From: Macrostomum lignano
Lineage: Eukaryota
Assembly (NCBI GenBank): GCA_002269645.1
Contig: NIVC01003545.1
Location: 1-45,029, forward strand
Length of the DNA: 45,029 nucleotides
Reading direction: 5' to 3'
Positions within the stretch are counted from its first letter, which is position 1. Each line of letters opens with the position of its first letter. The position numbers and the translations under genes were made by a program. Under the pieces are notes generated by a model. It made no database searches. It was not told where the DNA came from and saw nothing but the letters and a program-made list of their open reading frames with translations. This document shows positions 1 through 9,388 of this stretch, in pieces.

Positions 1-1378
1 AATTTTGCCAATGTTGGTGGTTTTTGCCTACAGACACCCCAAGGAGAATTGTTGAATATCTCTATGATTCTCGAAGTTGCTTTATCAAATAGAGCAGAAA
101 ATTTAGCCAATGTTCTGGATTTTAATGGAAATTGGTTGAATATTTTAGAGATATAGACAAAAGAAAAATATGTGTCTTTGAAATACACTCCCATGGTCTT
201 TCTACTGTTAAGGACAAGAAACCCAAGGATAAAATAACATCAAATGGGTGGTTACCAAAGCTTTTATATAATAGCATATAAATGGCAATATATTGACCAA
301 ATACAACCTTAAAAATAAAAAGATAAAGACCAATATAAAAGAGCAATAGCCCAAAGAAAACATTTCCAACATAATCTTTGAAAGCAAAATAATAAGCAAA
401 TCTGGTTAGCAGCCTCCGCTTGTTCAGTCTGTACCAGAATGGGCATTAATTGAGTACTAATTTCTATTTAGTAAGGTTGCTTAAACTACCAAATAAAAAA
501 AGCAAATATAAATTACTTAATGATATAAATATATGCTATGATTTTCTTGCATACAACAAGGGTGCTTGCTATTTTTTAGCATATATTAATATATATCCTA
601 GCATATATAACATGGGTACTAGTTGACTTTTTAACATTTTTATCAATTGGTCTAGCTATAGGCCTAATATATACAAAATGAGATTCTACTTTTTTCTAGC
701 ATTTACTATACTATCTAAATCTAAACTATGGCCTTTTTCCAGCCTTTACTACTTAGGCAAGGCAATATCTATATATTTGATATGAAATCAGCCCTAGTTG
801 GCTTATTGCATTAGGCTTATATAGCTATTAGTATTGGCCTAGTATTAGGCCTATGCAATATACTTGTAGTAATATTAATAGGCTAGGGCTTAATCTTTAG
901 TTTTATATAGACCTAAAATATCTATGACACTGGCTGCTATATTTAGAGTATCTTTACTTTATTTTGCTGCCACTAGCATAAGAAAATAATACTTTGAAAT
1001 ATTCACCATACAAACTATGGGCATGGCATTTGAATGAAACAACAAAACTTTCAAAAATCTACTTCTAGGCCTAGTCAAGTTACTTTCAGTAACAAAGAAA
1101 ATAACTCCTAGCGATTTTTATGGTAGGGCCTATTAGTTGGTATCCTTTGAAATAGGCCTAAATTGTTCTGATAGCGGATAGCCTAGGCCCAGCTACTATT
1201 TTAGTCTACTTTAAAGAACTGCAAATTAAGGTGCTGAAGGGATCATCATGAGGGTCATGAATGATCAATGAAGTCCACCATCTTTTACGGAAAGACAAGG
1301 TGCTTAAGCTTCTTATACCAAAATCATTGTCTTTGACAAATAAAAAATAAAAAACAATTAATGCATATTTAATCAAAT

Positions 1379-1407
1379 GGGCGAGGCCGCCGGACGTGCA
1401 CGCTAGT
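1379..1407 (+). mobile_element. Possible Helitron-like 3' terminus (GC hairpin, then CTAG|T) closing the AT-rich block 1-1380
   Basis: GGCG-aggc-CGCC stem (1380-1391), then 11 nt, then CTAG (1403-1406) followed by T. It coincides with the switch from CpG-poor to ordinary composition. Confidence 0.35.
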
Positions 1408-1997
1408 CGCTACGCCTCCGACTGTTCTGTCTAAGAAAATCGAATATTTTCGATGAAAATTAACAAAAGTATTTTGCTAGCTACTTTTGTGCACACGGTC
1501 CACTTTTGCTCTAGAAACTTGCATATGTATTGTTGGCTCACTCATCACGATTAAATAAATCTGGCCCGACTCACCGGTTCAAACAGATATCCAAAATTCA
1601 CACTATTGAAATCAAACGACCATGCCTTGGGTTTACAATACCCAAGGCCCTGCCCTGCATGAAGCCCGTAGGCATGTAAATCAGGGTCTTTGTCTATTTA
1701 CGCGGTAATTCTCTCGGATCTTAACATAAACATGTAATCATTAGCTACCACGTAACAGTACCAAGGACTTCTCCTACGTACATTTATAATTAATGCGATG
1801 TACATTTATATGCACGTGTATTTTTCAATCAACCTCCTAAAATTTACACGATCTTCGAGTTTTACGTCCTGTTATATACAGTGGTCCTTGGTCAATGCAA
1901 CGGCCACCAAAAGTAGTTACATGTATTTCTGAACTACATGTAACTACTCAATGCCGGTTAGTCGATGATTACCCTAGAAGACATTGACTTGTTGATT

Positions 1998-2331
1998 CTT
2001 AGCAGAACTTGTCTATAATCTTGGGTTGCTGCGCAAGTACTTGCAAGAAAGTGCAAGATCTTTGCTATAATAATACTTAGGTAAACTTACCAGATCTGAG
2101 AGACTTGCTACATCGTACAATATCTTAGCTTTATATCTTTTTATAGCTTCGAATCGCATATTTTCTTAAATTTATTGCCATATTTTGTCATAAAATAAAA
2201 TATTGTTCAGCTAGAACACTTTAGCCAAATGAATAACAAAACAAATGTACCTCACATCTTAGAAGATCCTGCAAGAACCGAGCAGATTGAGAAGATCTTC
2301 TAAGAATGGCACAGAGACAAGATCTGCTAAG
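1998..2331. mobile_element. Small degenerate inverted-repeat (MITE-like) element
   Basis: CTTAGCAGAACTTGTCT (1998-2014) matches the reverse complement of AGACAAGATCTGCTAAG (2315-2331) at 16/17. No TSD found. Confidence 0.35.
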
Positions 2332-2373
2332 TTTGAGAAACAGAATGTCCTCTAGGGTACTGCAGCGTTAGTG

Positions 2374-2575
2374 CAGGTGCGGATCCAGAAAATTTTGACT
2401 GGAGGGGCGCAGATTGCTATAAGGTAATATATGTACCATGTCATGTATATATATCATGTACATGTATATGTCAAGGAACTATGGACTCGATAATGTGTGC
2501 ATTTTCCATAAAAAATACAAAACTCAAACTCGACGGGGTGTGCGCCCTGTGCGCCTCCACCTAAATCCGCCCCTA
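2374..2575. mobile_element. Short non-autonomous element with AGGGGCGGAT-type inverted ends
   Basis: Left end CAGGTGCGGATCCAG; right end CTAAATCCGCCCCTA (reverse complement TAGGGGCGGATTTAG). Confidence 0.45.
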
Positions 2576-2626
2576 GGTGACGTTATATACCTAATAGTAT
2601 ATGCCTGATACTTCATATTAACAGTA

Positions 2627-3525
2627 GAACTACCAAGGGGGGAGGAAAATTCCCCCCCTGACAATTTTTTTGCTGCGCCGGAACGGAGCAACGCAGGCAC
2701 ACGAAATTCAAGAACACGGGCTAAATTTTTGTTGCGCACCTTCTCAAACAAGAATCAAGTCGCCAGCCCTTCGGACCGTCGAGATATTCGACGATTCTGC
2801 AAGAAGGTCGGATTTTCCCCATAAGCGCTAGTGTATTCAGTACACCCCTGTGCGCCAATCAGCACTGCGTCTCAGTGCAGCCTTGCCAAGTCTCCAAATT
2901 TCATCAGCACGTCGACCACATGTGTCTGCATCAGTTCTGACTTCGTTGGTCACTAGCCTTCACCCAGGTGGAGCTTCTGGACCCTCAACAGATGTGGCAC
3001 CAGGTGACTATGGACACCCTGATGCGGATGTCTCTAGTTTCGCCGATCAAGCCTCGACAGTGGGCAAGAATCAACCGTCAGACATTCTCAGCTAGTCTCT
3101 CAAGCATTCCGTCATCATCCCGACGCCGTCGGCTCCTTCAACAGATTACACCAGATGACTATGGACAGCCTGATAAGAATTTCTCTAGTTTCGCTGATCA
3201 AGCCTCGACAGTGGGCAAAAATCAACTGCTGGACATTCTCAGCTAGTCAGTCAAGCATTCAGCCATCACCCCGACGCCGTGCTGAGACGCAGTGCTGATT
3301 GGCGCACAGGGGTGTACTGAATACACTAGCGCTTATGGGAAAAATCCGACCTTCTGGCAGAATCGCCGAATATCTCGACGGTCCGAAGGGCTAGCGACTT
3401 GATTCTTGTTTGAGAAGGTGCGCAAAAAAAGTTGGCCCGTGAATTTCGTGTGCCTGCGTTGCTCCGTTCCGGCGCAGCAAAAAAATTGTCAGGGAGGGGG
3501 GAAATTCCCCCCCCCTTGGTAGTTC
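2627..3525. mobile_element. Foldback/MITE-type element with ~250-bp terminal inverted repeats and two internal 151-bp direct repeats
   Basis: 2627-2875 is the near-perfect reverse complement of 3282-3525. Internal repeats lie at ~2985-3129 and ~3138-3280. Weaker inverted similarity extends to ~2603 and ~3575. Confidence 0.85.
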
Positions 3526-3997
3526 GAGGGGCGGAAAAATGGCTTGGTATTCCTACTGTTAAATATGTTAAGGGATAGGCAAATCCCCAGAACAAGTACT
3601 AGGCCAACGTAATCGAACAGATAAAGATTAATATAACAGGTCTTGGAAATTACTACGAATATATAGTTGAAAACGGGTCTCGAAGGGAAAATATACTTGA
3701 ATATGTAACCTAGGAAGAAATTTCAGACCTGGGACGAGCCTGCAAGCATATGGAGCAGTATAATTCCTACAATACAATAAAAAAATATACATGTAACTTC
3801 AGCGCAGTTGCAGGTACATGTTGCAGCTTAACCTCCAGGAGGAACATTAGCTATAGGCAATGCCAAAATGCATATTAAGATTGCTAAATTACATGTACAT
3901 GTATCTATCTACAAAAGAATTTGAATTAAAGATAAAACGAGACGTACACTGTACAATACATTATATAGGACTGTGATTACGGATTGTACTTTCTACG

Positions 3998-5890
3998 CTA
4001 CCTCTGGTTTTTATTGTGCATCCGGCGCGCACTCATCTCATCAATATTTATTACGCACTCTCCGCTCTCAGTTTTGCTGACGCCAATGGCGACCGCTGTC
4101 GGATCTTTGTCGTCGGACTCCCGCCCCTGACGGCCAGTCTGAGCTGCAGTAGAAATGCCGCTCAGCAAGTGGTAGGCCAGCTCCAGCAGCTCGCAGACCG
4201 TGAGCAGGCTACAGCCGATGTACAGGCCGAGGAGGCCGCCGACGTCTGCAAGGAAGGCCGTCCACGAGTAGGAGTAGGCAATGACAATCCTCGCTGACTG
4301 ATGACTTTTCACGGCAATCTTGACCTCTATCATAGACTCCTCAACAAAGTTCTTGAACAGGAGCTTTTCATGAGCTGTGCAGTTGTCTAAAAAGAAGATT
4401 CAAATATGTACTTTGATAATTCCTTGTATATGCAAAACCTCGATGATAAAGATAACATTATTCAGGAAATAAATGGTTCTTGCCTAGCAGAATCCGTTTT
4501 GACAGTTTGACCAGTTGCTTAGTAGCAGGGCGGCCATAAAAAGAGTACTCCGGGTGTGCTCGAAGTCCGATGTCTTTATCATATTCTCTCACGAACCATT
4601 GGGCGAGCGGTCGGCCAGCACGCGGCCACTTCACGGACGTGGAGGTCGCAGTGTATTCATTATATACACAAGGTTGCTCTTTCAAGCAATCGTTTACTAC
4701 CTTCTGTGTGTGACTATCAATGAAATATCGAACCTCATGCAGGGATAAATTTGCAACTGAAAGCTTCTTTATGCCGATCTCGGTCATATTTTCGAATCTG
4801 GGTACGTTCCTCAGACTCCAAGGTTTCGGGTACAGGGAAAACACAAACTGGAACTTTTTCTGCAGCAGACTGTTCATTCTTGTGTAGAAGCAGGACGCTC
4901 TGCTGCTTTTAAACTCCTGTCTTTCACCAGTAAGTTGGTTCTGGAAGATGGCAACTTCCTGGTTGGGATTGCAGTACTTGCCGTAGAGTTCCGGACTATG
5001 AATTGTCTCTTCCATGCTGATAGTCACGTGATAAGATCTCCCAGCCGCCAGACTTAGCTTGGTCTCGTGCAGCATGGACGGGTACGTTCCCTTGGGAACC
5101 ACCTGCAGAGTGAATCCCAGACTCTCCACGCTATGGTAGCGACGGTTGGCTTGCCAGAATTGAAACGGAATGCTCTCGTTGAGCCACGGGTTCACTATTG
5201 GCCTGATCTCTGCTCCAGAATAAACTAACTCGGGAATGTGCGGATCAACAAACAGCATCGAATAGAGAACAGCTCGCTTGTAGCACAGGCTCTCTAAATT
5301 ATTTTCCGGCACAGTCACCTTGAAGCAATGCTGTTGTCCGGGTGTATGAAGACAGCTCGGTCGGCGTAGTCGATGTCCTCCGAGTAGGTCTGGTACAGGT
5401 TGAACGGCCACACAAGAAAGGACTGGTTCTCATGCTGCAGCAAGTTCTTGCTGAGGATTTCACTGGCATGGACAGCTGGATTCGGGCTACTCTTCGAAAC
5501 GTGGCATCCTCTCCTCGAGTACAAAAGTCGGGCTATTGGCGCAGTAGAGCTCGTCATATAGCTTGCTCAGCCTCTCGACTTCTTCATTTATTGCCTTAAC
5601 TTCGACTCCGTCAGTGTGTATGGAATGCTACCTGAGTATATTAGATTCGGGCAGAAGTACAGGTCGGGAGTCTCGAACGACACCGCGTCAGACTCGTAGG
5701 TTTTGACCACGGAGATGTTGATGAGCCTGTCCACCATGTTCGACGCGCTTTTGCAGCACAGAATAAGAAATACAAAGAAGAGAAGCGTCCACATGACCCT
5801 CAGGACTGGCGACCTAGAACCGACTGCTCTGCTGATGCCATGAGCAGAGCTGCTAGCGATGGCGTCCTCCACCGCTTTCCTTGCAGACAT
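3998..5890 (-). CDS. DEG/ENaC (amiloride-sensitive sodium channel family) subunit, ~600 aa; frameshifted as assembled (pseudogene or consensus errors)
   Basis: Pre-TM1 HG motif (SSSAHGISR), TM1 WTLLFFVFLILCC, post-TM1 TPDLYFCPN, FIHPD.QHCF, PC..NEY...S.KWP, and TM2 FLADVGGLLGLYIGCSLLTVCELLEL with GxS filter. ATG at 5890. Exon 5890-4484, intron 4483-4387, exon 4386-3998. Frame changes near 5600, 5495 and 5335. Confidence 0.9.
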
Positions 5891-6289
5891 GCTCACTCCA
5901 GGCAAACCGGGGCTTTCTGAGAATCTTTCAGAGAATTCGACAGTTTAGCCGGACTTTATACTGTAGCTTTATACCGAGTTTGAGCGCATTTTGTAGATGC
6001 ATGCATAGTATGCAGCTTGTAGTATGCAGCAAAACTCATTCCACGTATACGAGAGTATCTACTGAATGCATGTAAATAGCTAAATTGCCCTTCAACTGTA
6101 GAGCAAAAAATTGAGCCTTTCCGGCTCAAAAAATAATCGAGTGTAATTATCTGATGACAAACTAACTGGCATGGCTGCGGAATCAGTCTGGTTCCTCGTG
6201 GCCCTTACAGACTTACAGACATTTTTACAAGCGTAACATATGAATACGGAAGTCGCTTGATGGCAATTGGACTCGAGATTTACTGCTAG

Positions 6290-6639
6290 CAAAGGGCCTG
6301 TCAGCTTAAGCTCATAAAGTGGAGTTCGAGTAACCTATGCACAGAAATGATATGTCATTCTGCTCACAATGACACCAGGAAGCGAGTTTGGTAAAAAGCG
6401 ACGAAAATTGGACTTGAGATAGGGAGAGCAAGCAAGGGGATAATTAGGGACTCTACTTTAGGAGCTTAAGTTGACAAAATAGTCCCTAATTATCCCTATT
6501 GCTTGTTGTCTTAAGTTCAATTTTTGTCGCTTTTTGCCAAATCCTGCTTCCTGGTGTCACTGTGAGCAGAATGACGCATCATTTTTGTACATAGGTTACT
6601 CGGCTCCACTTTATGAGCAATTAAGTTGACAGCCCTTTG
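6290..6639. mobile_element. Palindromic MITE (~165-bp arms, ~20-bp loop)
   Basis: CAAAGGGCCTGTCAGCTTAAGCTCATAAAGTGGAG... is mirrored by ...CTCCACTTTATGAGCAATTAAGTTGACAGCCCTTTG. The inner arms GGGATAATTAGGGACT and AGTCCCTAATTATCCC also pair. Confidence 0.85.
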
Positions 6640-6725
6640 ATGTCAGACACATCGAAATGAACTAGCGGTGGTTCGAGTCCACCACGTGCGTCAAAAGTTA
6701 TTTGGAATTCATTGTGAGGTATGAA

Positions 6726-7082
6726 GGGGCGCAGCCCAGTGGTCCAGCGCGGCGCTCTGATGTATCAGCGGCCCAGGCTCGATTCCAAGTAGTCACATTA
6801 ACTTGGGGCTAAATTGGGATATCTCGGCTTGGCTCTGCTCGTGTAATTAACCCCATGGAGGGCCAACCCCAATGTACAGTGAAGTGTACATGCCTCACGA
6901 TGAATAAAGTTAGGTTCGCTCTATACGAGTGTATATATGAGTGTGTGCCTGTGCGTATGACTGCGTACGTATCGCGCGCTTGTGTGCCTGCTCTGTGCCT
7001 GTGCCTCTCGCCGGTTGTGACAATTACAATGTCGCTGAAAGTGCACCAGGGTGCACACAGCCCCTGCCTCTAATAAAATAAT
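6726..7082 (+). mobile_element. tRNA-derived SINE-like element
   Basis: Pol III A-box-like CAGCCCAGTGG (6732-6742) and B-box GGCTCGATTCC (6776-6786) at tRNA-like spacing. A non-tRNA body follows, ending in an A-rich tail (CTAATAAAATAAT). Confidence 0.5.
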
Positions 7083-7950
7083 ATTTCATACTACATTTCG
7101 TCAAAACACATTTATATTTGCTTACCTGCTTGAAGGCTAATAAAATCTCTATTGCTACTAGAGAGTATTCAATAATTTTACACCAATTTATAGAATTGAG
7201 CGGGACTCACGGATACTGTGTGGTAGTGCTGTCAGTGATCAGGGATAATGATGCTGAGGGGAACGATGTGTAAGGGATGTCTGGGGGGGGGTGATGCTGA
7301 GATGCTGAACTTTGTTGAGTGAGATGCTGGTGGCTGGGATTTTATCAGCTGGTCTTTGGTCCTATGTTGTGGTTGAATCGCCTAGTTAAACCTATAGACA
7401 TCAGACTTTCAACTATTTGCTCAGAGGCAGCTTCGCGAGCTCTCCGCACCTGAAGCATTGCTAAGCATTGCTCAGAACAAGAGCTTCCGACAAAGGGAAT
7501 GCCTTACTTAATTTTTATTAACCCAGTTACATTCTTGCTTTTAGTTTTTAAAGAACAATTACCAAATGTACATACAAGAAATTGTGATTTGCGACAACAA
7601 AAAATGCAATGTATTAGGCATTCTGTCAAAACTGAATACACGGCGTCAACATTTAATGCAAATTGTCGTTATTGACATGAAGATAGTCAAAATTGATAAG
7701 GAATCCGATTTTGGTGCTGCCAAAGCTGCCACAATTGATTGGGAATCCAATTCGTTTTGTTATTGTGTCAGAATTGATTAACAATTTGTCAATTTTGTTG
7801 CTTCTGGTTCAAATTTGAATGCAGCAGATGTAGAAATAATATATTTACACCCTAGAAACCGCTGAACTCAAGATCTAAGTTTTGAGTAGCAGTTTAAGCT
7901 TCACAGTTTTACTTTACACTGTAAGGTATCTACAACTATTGATAAATTAT

Positions 7951-8525
7951 GGAAGCTTAGCAGAAGATTGAGTCTTGATGGGAGCTTAGCAGAAGATTGA
8001 GTCTTGATGGGAGCTTAGCAGAGGGCTGAGTCTTGATGGGAGCTTAGCAGAGGGCTGAGTCTTGATGGGAGCTTAGCAGAGGGCTCGATGAGTCTTGATG
8101 GGAGCTTAGCAGAGGGCTCGATGAGTCTTGATGGGAGCTTAGCAGAGGGCTCGATGAGTCTTGATGGGAGCTTAGCAGAAGATTGAGTCTTGATTGGAGC
8201 TTAGCAGAAGATTGAGAGCTTAGCAGAAGATTGAGTCTTGATGGGAGCTTAGCAGAAGATTGAGTCTTGATGGGAGCTTAGCAGAAGATTGAGTCTTGAT
8301 GGGAGCTTAGCAGAAGATTGAGTCTTGATGGGAGCTTAGCAGAAGATTGAGTCTTGATGGGAGCTTAGCAGAGGGCTGAGTCTTGATGGGAGCTTAGCAG
8401 AAGATTGAGTCTTGATGGGAGCTTAGCAGAAGGGCTGAGTCTTGATGGGAGCTTAGCAGAGGGCTGAGAGTCTTGATGGGAGCTTAGCAGAGGGCTGATA
8501 GTCTTGATGGGAGCTTAGCAGAGGG
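7951..8525. repeat. Satellite A array 1 (29-33 bp unit, GAGTCTTGATGGGAGCTTAGCAGAAGATT)
   Basis: About 19 tandem copies, directly visible. Confidence 0.97.
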
Positions 8526-9388
8526 ACTTGCAGCGACCAAGTCAGGAGAAATAGGACTGACTGAATGAGGTGACATATTGCTGGTTTTGACTGCTGTAAT
8601 AGAATGCCCAAAAAACGTGGGAAAAGCCGCAAATTTGAAACGAAAATCTACGAAATGCAACGAATATCGAATGTTTATTTGCTAGAACAATAACTGACTG
8701 AAAGCCTATTAAATTGGCAACTACTGGATAATTGGTTATAAAATCAATTAAATATTTTAGGAATAAAAACGCGAAAGTCACATGGAAATAAAAAATGGGA
8801 TCGATCTATTGTTTTTCTCAAATTAGCACAAAACGAAGTCTCGTTGCATAAAATATCAACTTTGCGCAGGGCATTCTGAACGACACTAATTATATGAACA
8901 TTGACAATAGCTTAACAAAGACCACAGCTCATGAACTCAAAAAAATTCGGATACTTTACGCCTGTTACAAAAATTAAAGTTTCTAAGAAGCTTCAAAATG
9001 CCCGTTGCACAAATCTTGATTTCATGGCGCTATATGGACAGTGCAAACTGAATTAAAGTGAATATACAAGTAGAAAGCGGAGCTTGAGATATTGTAATTC
9101 ATTAGTTTTTTCATTAATTCACCAATCACCTGAAAACCAATTGAGCAAATTCAAATCTGCGCCAAAGTTTTCAACACCTTCTAAACGCAGGATTCGCAAG
9201 CTTCTCTCAGAACTCAAATGGAAATTTTGACGCAGCTTTGATTTCGATAAAACTGAACGAACAAAGCTGCAGGATCTGAGGAGATGCAGCAGAAGGGTAA
9301 AAAGTGAAATGAAAAGCGTCGTACTGAGAAAATATGCAACAGTTTGTCCTCATTATGGACTGAGTCAGCAGGTGATCGCGAAGGCCAC

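Noticed and set aside
1-1370. RIP-mutated fungal contaminant (TA-rich; FANVGGF-like peptide at the start)
   Set aside because: CpA and TpG remain plentiful in the lines I sampled, and stops deriving from C-to-T is trivially true of any stop codon. Not supportable without computing RIP indices.
6667-6683. Perfect tRNA T-arm GGTGG-TTCGAGT-CCACC suggesting a tRNA gene
   Set aside because: No acceptor stem, D-arm or anticodon arm could be folded around it. At most a SINE or tRNA relic.
7566-7781. 71-aa ORF in an AT-rich region
   Set aside because: No recognisable motif, splice context or paralog support.
9180-9388. Possible third coding exon after IRIGF (polypyrimidine-CTCAG acceptor conserved in both paralogs)
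   Set aside because: No convincing donor before the shared stop codon. The conservation is explained by recent duplication of the 3' UTR.
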